DNA from: a virus
Taxonomy: Duplodnaviria; Caudoviricetes
Direction: 5' to 3' (one strand)
Virus record (IMG/VR): IMGVR_UViG_3300021339_000008
Span: 1 to 53,951 of that record
DNA length: 53,951 nucleotides
Part shown: positions 7,492-17,827 of the stretch, piece by piece
Layout of the letters: each line of letters begins with the position of its first letter
Position numbering within the stretch: position 1 is the first letter of the stretch
Made by a program: the position numbers and the translations under genes
Notes under the pieces: model-generated
The model's database searches: none
Seen by the model: only the letters and a program-made list of their open reading frames with translations
What the model was told of the DNA's origin: nothing

Positions 7492-9432
7492 ATGGCCAAT
7501 GTCGTCGAGATCGTCGTCAAGTCCAAGGACCAGTCCGGTCCTGGGCTGGCTTCTGGCGAACGGAATCTCGACGCATTCGCGAAGACCGGGGTCAAGGCCG
7601 GTGACGCGGTCGCCGGGTCGATGGAGAAGATGGCCGACAAGGTCACCGTCGCGCAGAAGCGAGTGTCTGCGGCGCTCGACGCGGAGGCGGAGTCGCTGGC
7701 CGAGGTGATGCGCGCCTCGGACCAGGTCGACTTCGAGCGGATCAGCGGTGACACCGACAAGCTGACCGCCGCGCAGAAGCGCCTAGACGAGGCGTTGCGG
7801 AAGCAGGCCAAGGCCAGCAAGGACGCGGAGAGCGCCGCGGCGTCACTCGGCCAGGCGCAGGCTCAGGCCGCGAAGGCCGCCGACAAGGCGGCGGCCGACG
7901 CCGGCAAGAAGCCGTTCCTGGAACTCGGGGGGAAGAAGTTCTCCGAGTCGATGGTGGCTGGTATCGCGGCTGGCGGTCCGCTGGTCGCCGCGGTTGGGGC
8001 GGCGGTCGGCGCTGCGGGTGCGGGTGCGGTGGTCACCGGGTTCGGTGCGGGTATCGCCGGGCTCGGTCTGACGATCGCGGCGAACTCGGGCCCGGTCAAG
8101 GGTTCCATTGAGAAGTTCAAGGCCGAGATCGGCGCGGATATGTCGCGCATTTCGGCGCCGTTTCAGCAGACGTGGGCGGTCATTCTCGATCAGGGCGAGA
8201 AGACGTTCGACAAGTTCAGGCCCGCCCTGGAGAAGTCGATGGGTGATCTGGCGCCGGTGATGTCTCGGTTTGTGGCTCGGCTTGGTCAGGGGTTCGCGCA
8301 GTTGGTGCCGGCGATCGCGCCGATCACCCGGGCCTTTTCGAAGGTGCTGGACGATTTGGGTCCGCGGATGCCGCAGGTCATCGGCGGGATCGAGAAGTCC
8401 CTTACCCGGTTGGCGTCGTCGATCGAGCGGAACCCGCAGGCGTTCGGCGATTTCATCAGCATTGTCGGTAAGGCGATTGAGCTTGTGCTCAATTTCGGGA
8501 TGGCCGTCAATGAGGCAAACGCGATTGTTCACAAGGCGTGGGACTTCGTCACGCTGAAGCAATTCCGGGGTGAGGCAGAGGGCGCCACGGGTGCGGTCGA
8601 GGGGCTCGACGGGGCGCAGCTGAAGGCGAAGCAGTCCGCGGCCGACATGGCCGAGGCCGAGCGGGCCGCGAAGGACGCCGCCGCGGCGCTGGCTGACGCG
8701 ATCCGCGACCTGACCGACGCCACCTACGCCAACATCGGCGGCGAACTCGCACGCAAGGCCGCGGTCGACGCCAGCGACGAAGCCCTCAAGACCTACACCG
8801 AGGCGGTCCGCGACCACGGGGCGAAATCCGAGGAAGCGTCGGACGCGCTGCTCGGCGTGGAGCAGGCCGCGTTGGCGGTGGCCGAGGCGACGTACAACGC
8901 CGCGCTGGCGCAACAGACGGCATCCGGGCAGGCACAGAACTCCGTCGCCGCGCAGACCGCTGCTCGCGACGCCCTGATGAACATGGCCGCGCACGCCAAG
9001 GGGCCGGCGCGCGACGCGATCCTGGCGCAGGCCGACGCCGTGCAGCAGTTGATCAACAAGCTGAACGCCGTCAACCGCACCTTCAACGCCAAGGTGATGA
9101 TCAGCTATCAGGGCACCGTCCCACAGGGGTTCCAGGCGGCGTCCGGCCGGACCGGCCTCGCCCACGGCGGCATCACCGGCGCGGCGGGCGGTGGCCCCCG
9201 CTCCCGGCAGACCCTCGTCGGTGAGCACGGCCCCGAGATCGTCGACCTCGCACCCGGGTCCACCGTCCACACCGCGGGTGAGACGCAGCGGATGCTCAGC
9301 CAGGGCGGCACCGGCGGCTTCACCCTGACCGAGCTGGTGCTGCCGCGCGGCAGCATCGAGGCCCTGCTCGTCGAGATCCTGCAGAAGGCCATCCAGGACC
9401 GCGGCGGCATGGGGCGGGTGTTCGTCGCATGA
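7492..9432 (+). CDS. Tape measure protein
   Basis: Ala-rich helical sequence, hydrophobic Gly/Ala segment, C-terminal AHGG..VGEHGPE motif. Confidence 0.9.
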   Translation: MANVVEIVVKSKDQSGPGLASGERNLDAFAKTGVKAGDAVAGSMEKMADKVTVAQKRVSAALDAEAESLAEVMRASDQVDFERISGDTDKLTAAQKRLDEALRKQAKASKDAESAAASLGQAQAQAAKAADKAAADAGKKPFLELGGKKFSESMVAGIAAGGPLVAAVGAAVGAAGAGAVVTGFGAGIAGLGLTIAANSGPVKGSIEKFKAEIGADMSRISAPFQQTWAVILDQGEKTFDKFRPALEKSMGDLAPVMSRFVARLGQGFAQLVPAIAPITRAFSKVLDDLGPRMPQVIGGIEKSLTRLASSIERNPQAFGDFISIVGKAIELVLNFGMAVNEANAIVHKAWDFVTLKQFRGEAEGATGAVEGLDGAQLKAKQSAADMAEAERAAKDAAAALADAIRDLTDATYANIGGELARKAAVDASDEALKTYTEAVRDHGAKSEEASDALLGVEQAALAVAEATYNAALAQQTASGQAQNSVAAQTAARDALMNMAAHAKGPARDAILAQADAVQQLINKLNAVNRTFNAKVMISYQGTVPQGFQAASGRTGLAHGGITGAAGGGPRSRQTLVGEHGPEIVDLAPGSTVHTAGETQRMLSQGGTGGFTLTELVLPRGSIEALLVEILQKAIQDRGGMGRVFVA

Positions 9433-12400
9433 CCACCTTCCCTCAGTTCCCCCGCGACCTCGACGCGGAGCTGTTCGTCCCCGGCACCGGGTGGGTGCCG
9501 CTCGGTGCCTACCCGCTGCAACGGGGGTCGTTCCGGCTGGAACGCGGTCTCGGGTCCAACGCGACCGCCGTGGTGCGGGGCACGGTGTCCGGCGAGTTGA
9601 ACAACCGCGACGGCCGCTTCAGTCCACGGAACCCGCGTGGCCCGTACTACGGCAAGCTCGGCGTCTACACCCCGTTCTACCTGGGTACGCGAGTCATCGA
9701 GGACGCGTTCGCCCGCACCTCGGCGTCGTCCTGGGGCAGCACCCCAGCCGGGCTCGCGTACACCACCCTCAGCGCCGGCGGCACCATCGCCGCGGCGGAC
9801 TACAACGTCGCCGCCGGCGTGGGCACCCACTCGGTGCCGGCCGCGGTGGCGTCCCGCGCCACCTACCTCGCGGGCCACGTGTACCGCGACGTCGACGTGA
9901 CGGTCGACGTCAGCCTGCCGTTCACCAACGTCACCGGCGGGTCGATCACCCTCGGGGTGATGCTCCGCGGCAAGTCCACCTCCGAGTACTACCTCGCGAC
10001 CGCCACCATCACCACCGCCGAGGCCATCGAACTCGGCTGGGAACACTCCACCGAGGGCCCCATCAGCGGCGCCACGGCCGTCACCGGCCTCACCCATGCC
10101 ACCGCCCAGACGCTGCGCCTGCGGGTCCTGCTCGAGGGGCAGACCCTGCGGATGAAGGCGTGGCCGGCCAGCGGCGCCCAGCCGTACGCGTGGCCCCTGG
10201 TGTGGTCCAACGTGGTCGCCGGGGCCGACATCCAGGTGAGCGGGTTCGGCTGGGTCGGGCTGATGGCCCGCGTCGACGCCGGCAACTCCAACGCGAAGCC
10301 GGTCATCGCGTCGTGGGACAACCTGGTCGTCAGGGTGCCGGAGGGCGCCGGGGAGATCACCGAACTACCCGTCGAGTGGGACAAGTCCGGCACCGACGTG
10401 TGGACCCCGTTCGTCGCGTCGGGGGTGCTGCAGCGGCTGGCCGCCGGCACCGGGGTGCTGGAGTCGGCGCCGCGGCGGTTCATCCCCACCAATGGGGCCC
10501 CGGTCGGCTACTGGCCCCTCGAGGGCGCCGAGCTCGCCGACGCGCTGCGACCGGTCGTGGGTACGCCACCGGCGGTGCTCGCCAGCTCCCTCAACTCGTC
10601 GGCGCACTTCGGCAAGGGCCAGTTGGCTTCGTGGCTGTCGCCGGTGTGCGCCCTGTTCGGCAACGACAGCGTCACCGTCAAGGTCACCATGCCCACCGCG
10701 TGGGCGACGACCGACGGGTGGCGTGTCGAGTTCGCCCGCCGCGGCGGGCGCGGCTCCGACACCACCCTCGTCATCCGCGGTGTGGCGGACGTGTGGACGT
10801 GCACGTTCCGGCCCGCGGTCGGCGACGTCGTGGTGCAGCCCCCGACAGGCGGGTCCACGTCGATCGGTGTCGAGGCCCTCTACGACGACGCCGTCCACCA
10901 GATCATGTTCTCCGCGCACCAGGTCGGCGCCGACGTCGTGTGGACGATCGACCTCGACTACGACGCCGCGGGCAGCGGCGCCACCCTCGGCGCCCACACC
11001 CTGCAGGGCGTCACCTCGGTCACCCTCGGAGACCCGACCGTCCACTCCGAGCCGTACGCCGTCGGTCACCTCGCGATCGCACCGGAGGCGTTCGTCGCGT
11101 CGACGGACTCGTGGCACGCCCTCACCGGGTTCCGGGGTGAGAAGGCGGGGTGGCGGTTCGCCCGGCTGTGCGACGAGCTCGGTATCGGCCGCAACCTCCT
11201 CGGCCACCCCGAGGACACCCAGCCGATGGGGCCGCAACGCGCCGGGCAGAAGGGCATCGTGCTGCTCGAGGAATGCACGGTGTCGGGGTCGATGGGTGAG
11301 ACCCGCGGCCTGAGCGGACTGTGGTTCCGCACGCTGCGGGACCGGTACAACGACGACCCGACCCTGACCCTGGACTACGCGCAGGGCGAGTTCGACGAGT
11401 TCAAGCCGGTCGACGAGGCGAGCGTCCTGGCCAACAAGGTCACCGCCTCCCGGACCGACGGCGGCACCGCCACCTCCGAGCTCACCACCGGCCGCCTGTC
11501 GACGCTGGCACCGGAGGACGGCGGCGCCGGCGAGGTCGCCACCACGGTGCCCGCCCCGGTGGCCACCGACAAGCAGCTGCCGCATATCGCCGGGTGGGCC
11601 CGCCGCCTCAGCACCGTCGACGAGTCCCGGTACCGGATCGGCCTGCAGCTGGGCAACGACCGGTACCAGACCGCGTCGGGGGCGCAGGCCCGCGCCGCCG
11701 CGGCGCAGGCCCTGACCGTCGACGACGTGCTGGCCGTGCTCAACCCGAAGGACGTGCTGGCGCCGGACACGATCCGGCAGGTGCTGCGCGGGGTGACCGT
11801 CGACCTGTGCCGGTACCGGCACGAGCTCGCGATCAACACGGCACCGGCCAGCCCGTACGACGTGTTCACCGTGGAGGACCCGGTGCTCGGCCGCCTGCAC
11901 GCGAGCGGGTCGGTGCTGGCGGTGGCGATCGACGACAACGACACGGCGCTGTCGGTGGCGTCGCCGGCGCGGCGGCGGTGGGCGACCACCACGGAGCCGT
12001 ACGTGGCGCGGATCGGCGGCGAGGACATCACGGTCACGGCCTGCGCCGACGAGGTGATGTCAAGCATCGTCGCCGGGACGGTGGCGCACGGCAACAACGC
12101 GAGCGTCGCACCAGGCCTGCCGGCTGGCCACGTCAGCGGCAACACGCTGCTGTGTCTGGCGGCGATCCGCAACAGCGGCGCCGGGGTGCCGTCGGGCTGC
12201 TCGGCCAGCTCTGGTGCCTACACCCGGCTGCCCGTGTTCGAGGCGGCGAGCAACGTCCAGCTGTTCGCGAAGATCGACAACGGGGCGGAGACGACCCCGA
12301 CCGTCACGTTCACGGGCGGCGTGGCCAACGCCGACACGTCGGCCCAGATCATCAAGATCGCGGGCGCCGTCTACGACGTCGACGAACTGCTCGTCCGCTC

Positions 12401-12794
12401 GGCCAGCGCCCTCAACGCGGCCGCCCAGAACATCGCGTTCCCCGGGCTGACCGTGAAACTCCCCAACTGCCTGATCATCTACGTCGGCTGGAAAGCCGAC
12501 GACTGGACCAGCGTCGCCGCGCTGGCCGGCGCCACCGAGATCGGCGAACCCGACACCACCACCGGTGATGACCAGGGCATCGTCTGGGACTACGTCCCTC
12601 AGACCCTCGCCGCGCACATCCCCACCGGCGAATTCGTCGTCACCGGCGGCGCGAGCGCGATCTCCCGCGGGGCCGTGCTGGCGCTGCGCTGCGACCGGCA
12701 GGCCTGGACCGTCACCCGCGGCACCGCGTGGGCCGGCGCCCACTCCGTCGGCGACCCCGTCCGGCTCGCCTCAACCCATGCCCTCGGACAGTAG
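9429..12794 (+). CDS. Large minor tail / baseplate protein
   Basis: LNNRDGRFSPRNP.GPYYG motif; 1121 aa following the tape measure. Confidence 0.8.
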   Translation: MTTFPQFPRDLDAELFVPGTGWVPLGAYPLQRGSFRLERGLGSNATAVVRGTVSGELNNRDGRFSPRNPRGPYYGKLGVYTPFYLGTRVIEDAFARTSASSWGSTPAGLAYTTLSAGGTIAAADYNVAAGVGTHSVPAAVASRATYLAGHVYRDVDVTVDVSLPFTNVTGGSITLGVMLRGKSTSEYYLATATITTAEAIELGWEHSTEGPISGATAVTGLTHATAQTLRLRVLLEGQTLRMKAWPASGAQPYAWPLVWSNVVAGADIQVSGFGWVGLMARVDAGNSNAKPVIASWDNLVVRVPEGAGEITELPVEWDKSGTDVWTPFVASGVLQRLAAGTGVLESAPRRFIPTNGAPVGYWPLEGAELADALRPVVGTPPAVLASSLNSSAHFGKGQLASWLSPVCALFGNDSVTVKVTMPTAWATTDGWRVEFARRGGRGSDTTLVIRGVADVWTCTFRPAVGDVVVQPPTGGSTSIGVEALYDDAVHQIMFSAHQVGADVVWTIDLDYDAAGSGATLGAHTLQGVTSVTLGDPTVHSEPYAVGHLAIAPEAFVASTDSWHALTGFRGEKAGWRFARLCDELGIGRNLLGHPEDTQPMGPQRAGQKGIVLLEECTVSGSMGETRGLSGLWFRTLRDRYNDDPTLTLDYAQGEFDEFKPVDEASVLANKVTASRTDGGTATSELTTGRLSTLAPEDGGAGEVATTVPAPVATDKQLPHIAGWARRLSTVDESRYRIGLQLGNDRYQTASGAQARAAAAQALTVDDVLAVLNPKDVLAPDTIRQVLRGVTVDLCRYRHELAINTAPASPYDVFTVEDPVLGRLHASGSVLAVAIDDNDTALSVASPARRRWATTTEPYVARIGGEDITVTACADEVMSSIVAGTVAHGNNASVAPGLPAGHVSGNTLLCLAAIRNSGAGVPSGCSASSGAYTRLPVFEAASNVQLFAKIDNGAETTPTVTFTGGVANADTSAQIIKIAGAVYDVDELLVRSASALNAAAQNIAFPGLTVKLPNCLIIYVGWKADDWTSVAALAGATEIGEPDTTTGDDQGIVWDYVPQTLAAHIPTGEFVVTGGASAISRGAVLALRCDRQAWTVTRGTAWAGAHSVGDPVRLASTHALGQ

Positions 12795-12803
12795 GAGCCA
12801 CCG

Positions 12804-13319
12804 GTGACGTTCCCTGCGGGCCTGGAGATGACCGGCGACGAGCTCGATCTCGCCGTCGAGAAGCTCATCGCGCGCGGCCGCCGCACTACCCCGTCGACGG
12901 CGTCGACCGGCTCCACCGTGGCCGTGCTGCGCCTGGACGACATCCCCATCGAGGGCGGCTACGCGTACGCCATCCGCTGCCCCGGTCTCGGGGTCCGGTC
13001 GACGGTGGCGGCCGACCTCGTGCAGTGCCTCATCCGCTACACCACCGACGGCTCCACCCCGACCACGTCGTCGCCGATCCTGCAGGGGTCGATCGTCCTG
13101 AAGGCGGTGCCCGGCGGCAGCACCGCCGTGTCGCTCGACCTCGACGTCGAGTACTACCCGGCGCCGGGCGGCACGGAGCAGCTGTCCCTGCTGCTGTGCG
13201 TGATCCGCCTCGGCGGCACCGGCTCGTGCTCGATCTTCGCCGACGGCTCCGGCTACGTCATCGACCTGCGGGTCTACAACATGGGGCCCGACGTGGGCGA
13301 CACCGGGACCGACCTGTGA
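12804..13319 (+). CDS. Minor tail protein
   Basis: AGGAG RBS; FPAGLEMTGDEL N-terminus; beta-rich. Confidence 0.65.
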   Translation: MTFPAGLEMTGDELDLAVEKLIARGRRTTPSTASTGSTVAVLRLDDIPIEGGYAYAIRCPGLGVRSTVAADLVQCLIRYTTDGSTPTTSSPILQGSIVLKAVPGGSTAVSLDLDVEYYPAPGGTEQLSLLLCVIRLGGTGSCSIFADGSGYVIDLRVYNMGPDVGDTGTDL

Positions 13320-13339
13320 CCAGCCCACGGAGGACGACC

Positions 13340-14047
13340 ATGACCCGAGTTCAGAGCCTCGCCGCACCACCCGCCGGCGGCACCGGGCCCGCCGTGGTGG
13401 AGGTGGCCGAGCCGACGACGTGGGCCGTGGACCGCGACGCCGGCACCGCCTCCCTCGTGGTGCTGGGCGACAGCATCAGCGTGGGCCCGCCGTTCGCGTC
13501 CTGGCCGAATGTGTGGCCGGGCAGGGTGTCCTGGGAGTGGCCGGTCACCAACCTGTCCCGTCACGGCGTCATGCCGGGCGACCTGGTCCCCAACGGGTGG
13601 TGCGGCAGCCGTGCCCCCTGGTACACGGACTGGGGCGCGGCCGTCATCGCGCAGGTCGGCCAGTCGCAACCCTCCGCCGTCATCATCGCCCTCGGAGCGG
13701 TCCCGTACGGGTTCATCGGCCAACACCCCGTCGACTTCGCGGCGAGCCTGCGCCGGGTCGTGGACAGCGTCCGCCAGGTGTCGCCGCGCAGCACCATCGT
13801 GCTGGTCCATACCCCCGGGTTCATCGCGGCGCACGGCCAGCACTGGATCTTCGTCGACTACGGCAGTCGGATGGCGGAGATCGTCGAGGAGACCCCGAAC
13901 TCGGCGTACGTCGACTTGGCCCGCGACCTGCCGTGGGCCAACACCGACACCAGCGGGGCGTTCACCGCCGACCACGTCCACCCCGGCCAGTCCGGCCACG
14001 TGATGATGGCCGTCGGGATCGTCGTCCGGCTGCGGTGGCTCTCATGA
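13340..14047 (+). CDS. SGNH/GDSL-family esterase
   Basis: VVLGDSIS block I, NLSRHG block II, DHVHP catalytic DxxH; GGAGG RBS. Confidence 0.85.
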   Translation: MTRVQSLAAPPAGGTGPAVVEVAEPTTWAVDRDAGTASLVVLGDSISVGPPFASWPNVWPGRVSWEWPVTNLSRHGVMPGDLVPNGWCGSRAPWYTDWGAAVIAQVGQSQPSAVIIALGAVPYGFIGQHPVDFAASLRRVVDSVRQVSPRSTIVLVHTPGFIAAHGQHWIFVDYGSRMAEIVEETPNSAYVDLARDLPWANTDTSGAFTADHVHPGQSGHVMMAVGIVVRLRWLS

Positions 14048-14403
14048 GCGAAACGGAACCGGGGGCCTACGACCGCGGTGTCATCGCGGGCGCGATCGAG
14101 GCCAGACTCGCCGGCCACGACCGGCACTTCGACTCGATCAACGGCTCGCTCGCGCGGATCGCCGACGAACTGCGCGGTCTCGCGGACCAGTTGCACACCC
14201 TGTCGTTGGCCGTGCAGTTGCTGGGCACGCAGGCGGTAGCCCGTGACGCCACCGTCGTCACCACCGCGGCGGCGTTGAAGGACGCCGACGAGGCCCGTCG
14301 CAACGTCAGCGAGCGTGGCTGGTCGCCGTGGGCCAGGGGCCTCGCCGTGCTGGCCGCTGCCGTGGGGGTGGTCGGCCTGTTCCTCATCCTGCGTGGCCCG
14401 TGA
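14044..14403 (+). CDS. Coiled-coil protein with C-terminal TM helix (lysis-associated)
   Basis: ATGA coupling; LAVLAAAVGVVGLFLIL. Confidence 0.65.
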   Translation: MSETEPGAYDRGVIAGAIEARLAGHDRHFDSINGSLARIADELRGLADQLHTLSLAVQLLGTQAVARDATVVTTAAALKDADEARRNVSERGWSPWARGLAVLAAAVGVVGLFLILRGP

Positions 14404-14472
14404 TGACCACCGCCGCCCAGCCCGGACACCAGACCTGCCGTACTCCCTCCCCGGACCCCGGAGGTTCCCGCA

Positions 14473-14781
14473 GTGGACGTAGCCAGTCTGCTGCCATCCC
14501 TGGACACCCTCGCCCAGGGTGGCCTGCTCGCCGGGCTGCTCGGCCTCGTGCTGCGGGTGATGTACGTGGAGCGGCGGGAGCACCGCGAGGAGAGCGCCAC
14601 CTACCGGGCGCGGATCGTCGAGCTGGAGGACCACGCGCGCACCCGGATCCGAGAGCACGAGGCCGAGGTCGACGCCGAACGGGACAAGCGCCGGGCGGCC
14701 GAGGACGTCGCGGCCCTGGCCGAGCGCACCGCGCTGGCCGCTGACCGACTGCGAGACGCGATCAAGCGGGAGACGGAATGA
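14473..14781 (+). CDS. Membrane protein, holin-like
   Basis: N-terminal TM followed by a charged coiled coil; GGAGG RBS. Confidence 0.6.
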   Translation: MDVASLLPSLDTLAQGGLLAGLLGLVLRVMYVERREHREESATYRARIVELEDHARTRIREHEAEVDAERDKRRAAEDVAALAERTALAADRLRDAIKRETE

Positions 14782-15494
14782 CCACAGGACGGCACCAGGC
14801 ACCGACCCGGCGTGACCTATGGGTCTTCGCGTTGGTTGTGGCGCTCGCGATCGTCGGCGGGTCGGTGTTGATCGACAAGGACTCGGAGGCGGACCGCGCC
14901 GACACCGCCGACAGCCGCGCCGACGTGGCCGTGGAGCAGCGTGACACCGCGGTGGCGCAGGCCAAGGGCCTCGGCCAGCAGATCACCGACGCGTGCACCG
15001 CCGACGGCGGCCTGGCCGCCCAGATCGCGGACCTGTGCGCCCGCGCGCAGCGGGTGGTGGACCAGCCGGAGCCGGACCGCATCGACACCGACGCGCTCGC
15101 CAGCCTCGTCACCGCGCGGGTGCTGGCCACGATTCCCCGGCCGCGGGACGGCCGCGACGGGGCGACACCGCCGTGCGCACTGCTGCCGCCGTTCTGCGCG
15201 GGCACCGACGGCACCGACGGCGAGGACGGCAGCGACGGACGCAACGGCCAGGACGGCGCCGACGGCCGCGGTATCGCCGCGACCGAGGTCCGCGACGGTC
15301 GCCTGTTCATCACCTACACCGACGGCGAACAGGTCGACGCCGGCCCGGTGCCACCGGGCGCGGACGGCCGCGGGATCACTCGCGCGGAGGTCGTCGACTG
15401 CCGACTGATCGTGACCTACACCGACGGGGCCACGCAGGACGCCGGCCAGGTGTGCGACCCCAACCCTGCCCCGCTGCCCCTGTTAGGAGGCTGA
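14778..15494 (+). CDS. Membrane-anchored protein with collagen-like G-x-D repeats
   Basis: N-terminal TM; GTDGTDGEDGSDGRNGQDGADGRGI; two GADGRGI..L.(I/V)TYTDG..DAG repeats. Confidence 0.75.
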   Translation: MTTGRHQAPTRRDLWVFALVVALAIVGGSVLIDKDSEADRADTADSRADVAVEQRDTAVAQAKGLGQQITDACTADGGLAAQIADLCARAQRVVDQPEPDRIDTDALASLVTARVLATIPRPRDGRDGATPPCALLPPFCAGTDGTDGEDGSDGRNGQDGADGRGIAATEVRDGRLFITYTDGEQVDAGPVPPGADGRGITRAEVVDCRLIVTYTDGATQDAGQVCDPNPAPLPLLGG

Positions 15495-15496
15495 CG

Positions 15497-16393
15497 ATGA
15501 CGACCCTTCGCATCATCTCGCGCGCCGAGTGGGGTGCCCGGTACGACAACGGCGGCGGCCCGGCGCCGATCCCGGCGTCGGAGTGCTGGCTGCACCACTC
15601 CGTCACCGGCGCGCCCGGCGTCGACGCGACGTTCGAGCAGGACGTCGCCGCGATCCTGGCGTTGGAGCGGATCGGCGAGGACCGCTTCGGGCAGGGCATG
15701 TCGTACACGTGGCCGATCTGCCCGTCGGGCCGGATCTTCGAAGGCCACGGTGTCGGTCGGCTGGGCGCGCACACCGGCGGCCGCAACGGCGTGGCCCGGG
15801 CCATCTGCTTCGTCGGCAACTACGAGACCAGCCGACCCTCGACCGCCCAGATCCGCTCGGCGGCGTGGCTGCTCCAGCACGGCCGCGATCGGGAGTGGCT
15901 CCGCGTGGCCGCGCTGCGCGGTGGCCACCGGGACGTGCTGCGGCTGACCGGCGACTCCATCGCCACCGACTGCCCCGGCGCGCACGCCTACACGCGCATC
16001 GGCGACATCAACCGGCTCGCCGCCGGACCACCCATCGACATGGAGGACGACATGCCCCTGACCAAAGAAGACGCACTGCTGGTGGCGCAGACCGTCTGGG
16101 GGACGCAGTTCCCCGGCGGCCACGCCCAGGCCCACCTCACCGTGACCAACGCGAACAGCTGGGAGATCAAGACCCAGCTGGCCGCGCTCGACGGCACGCT
16201 GGACCAGCGGGACGCGGCCCTGCTCGCGGCCATCCGCGCGGACGGCGAGCAGGTCGACGTGCGCCAGCTCGCGGCCGCGCTCGCCCCGATGCTCCCGACC
16301 GGGACCGACCCCCACGAGCTGGCCGCGGCGATCGCCGACGAGCAGGACCGCCGGGCCCGCGACAGCGACCCGGCCACCGGGCCGGCCAGCTGA
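15497..16393 (+). CDS. Endolysin, N-acetylmuramoyl-L-alanine amidase (PGRP/Amidase_2)
   Basis: IISRAEWGA, LHHS, SY, IFEG.G..GAHT, GHRD, TDCPG motifs. Confidence 0.9.
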   Translation: MTTLRIISRAEWGARYDNGGGPAPIPASECWLHHSVTGAPGVDATFEQDVAAILALERIGEDRFGQGMSYTWPICPSGRIFEGHGVGRLGAHTGGRNGVARAICFVGNYETSRPSTAQIRSAAWLLQHGRDREWLRVAALRGGHRDVLRLTGDSIATDCPGAHAYTRIGDINRLAAGPPIDMEDDMPLTKEDALLVAQTVWGTQFPGGHAQAHLTVTNANSWEIKTQLAALDGTLDQRDAALLAAIRADGEQVDVRQLAAALAPMLPTGTDPHELAAAIADEQDRRARDSDPATGPAS

Positions 16394-16486
16394 CCGAGTG
16401 GCCGCACCCACCACCCCGGCGGAGCCACCACCCCCGCCACCAGCCAAACCCAAGCCAGCCCCAGCCCGACCACCACGGAGGTAGTC

Positions 16487-16711
16487 ATGCCCGACCCCAC
16501 CGCCACCGGCTCAACCGCCACCGAACCCGTCGTCACCGCCGAGTCCATCCGCGTCGTCCTGGCCAGCGCCGTCGCGCTGGGCTGGGCCACCTGGGACGAG
16601 CCACGCATCATGGCCATCGCCACCGGCGCCGCCGTGCTCGTGTCCATCGGCGCCACCGTCTGGGCTCGCGCGAAGGTGACGCCGCTGGCCCGCCGCCACC
16701 TCGGCACCTGA
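16487..16711 (+). CDS. Holin
   Basis: 74 aa, two TM segments, EPV...RAKVTP pattern; follows the endolysin. Confidence 0.75.
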   Translation: MPDPTATGSTATEPVVTAESIRVVLASAVALGWATWDEPRIMAIATGAAVLVSIGATVWARAKVTPLARRHLGT

Positions 16712-16745
16712 CCTCTGCAGAGGACGCCCGGCCACCCCCGACCGG

Positions 16746-16794
16746 GCACGACCGCCCCGCCCTGGCTACCTGCCGGGACGGGGCGGTGTCGTGC
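16746..16794. terminator. Hairpin terminator between convergent operons
   Basis: GCACGACCGCCCCGCCCTGGC-TACCT-GCCGGGACGGGGCGGTGTCGTGC imperfect inverted repeat. Confidence 0.7.
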
Positions 16795-16802
16795 GCGCGG
16801 GG

Positions 16803-17258
16803 TCAGAGGCTGGCGAGCCCGGCGACGGCCAGCACCACGGCGAGCGGCAGGTAGACGGCGAGGACGGTCCGGGACAGCGCCGCACGGTAGTAGCGGGTCG
16901 TGGCCCGGTACGGCCTGACGTCCATCCGCAGCCACGGCACGCCGCCACCGATGACCGCGTTGTACAACGCGCGGAACAGCCGGGACTGCCACAGGTAGTA
17001 GCCGTCCAGGGCGCCGATGGCGAGGATCACCGCGATGGCCGGCCAGACGATGACGGCGGCCTGGCCTGCGACGGCCGCGTTGCCGCTGAGGGAGACCGCG
17101 GCGGCGGCGGTGGTGATGGTGACGGCGGCACCGCGCAGGGGCAGGGCGTGTCCGGCGAGCCGGGCGTTGATCGCCTGAATCAGCTTGGCGTGCTCGAGCA
17201 CGTCGTCGCGGGACGCGCGCTGCCGGACGGTGATGCGGCGGGGGCGGGGGTGCAGCAT
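16803..17258 (-). CDS. Three-TM membrane protein resembling a defence-island effector family
   Basis: GGAG RBS; EHAKLIQAINARLAG..RG....LDGYYLWQSRLFRALYNAV. Confidence 0.65.
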   Translation of the reverse strand: MLHPRPRRITVRQRASRDDVLEHAKLIQAINARLAGHALPLRGAAVTITTAAAAVSLSGNAAVAGQAAVIVWPAIAVILAIGALDGYYLWQSRLFRALYNAVIGGGVPWLRMDVRPYRATTRYYRAALSRTVLAVYLPLAVVLAVAGLASL

Positions 17259-17274
17259 GGCGGTCTCCTGTGTC

Positions 17275-17820
17275 TCAGGCAACGAGGATGGCGGCGGCGG
17301 CGAGGTGGTAGCAGGCGCGGCCGTGCTGACCGGCCGGGCAGGTGCAGGTGCCGGTGGCCAGCTCGACGCGGTAGGCGACGTCCCCGGCGGTCGACAGCGC
17401 GGCGTAGGTGGTGCCGGCGGTGCGGATGACCGCGTGCAGTTCGAGGCTCTCGACCGCCTTGGCGACCTGCGCCGGCTTGAACAGCGCGGCGGCGGCCTTG
17501 GCGGCGACGGCGATGCGGGTCTGGCAGGTGCGGCCGTAGCCGGCGGCGACCGAGCGCAGCGCGGTGAGGGTGCGTCCGCAGCGTCCACACTTGGCGGTCG
17601 GGGCGGGGCGCAGGCGGCGGGCGGCGTCGGCGGTGAGGACGACGTGCTCTTCGCGGCGACGGTCGGCGCCGCGGCGGTGGAGGACGGTGGCGATGACGGC
17701 GGTCTCGCCGTGCTCGGCGACGAGGTCGTCGACGCGCTGGGCCAGCTCGACACAGGTGACGCCGAGCTCGGCCGCGAGGGCGGTGAGGCTGATGGTGTCG
17801 GTTGCGGCTGCGGTCGTCAT
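17275..17820 (-). CDS. DUF6011-like + SWIM zinc-finger protein
   Basis: CGRCGRTLT..S.AAGYGRTC and CTCPAG...CYH motifs. Confidence 0.8.
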   Translation of the reverse strand: MTTAAATDTISLTALAAELGVTCVELAQRVDDLVAEHGETAVIATVLHRRGADRRREEHVVLTADAARRLRPAPTAKCGRCGRTLTALRSVAAGYGRTCQTRIAVAAKAAAALFKPAQVAKAVESLELHAVIRTAGTTYAALSTAGDVAYRVELATGTCTCPAGQHGRACYHLAAAAILVA

Positions 17821-17827
17821 AGGAGAA

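Noticed and set aside
7048-7492. Programmed G/GT tail chaperone frameshift
   Set aside because: No clear slippery heptamer and no room for a second ORF before the tape measure start
15200-15450. GACGGC-type tandem repeats
   Set aside because: Explained by G-x-D collagen-like coding repeats
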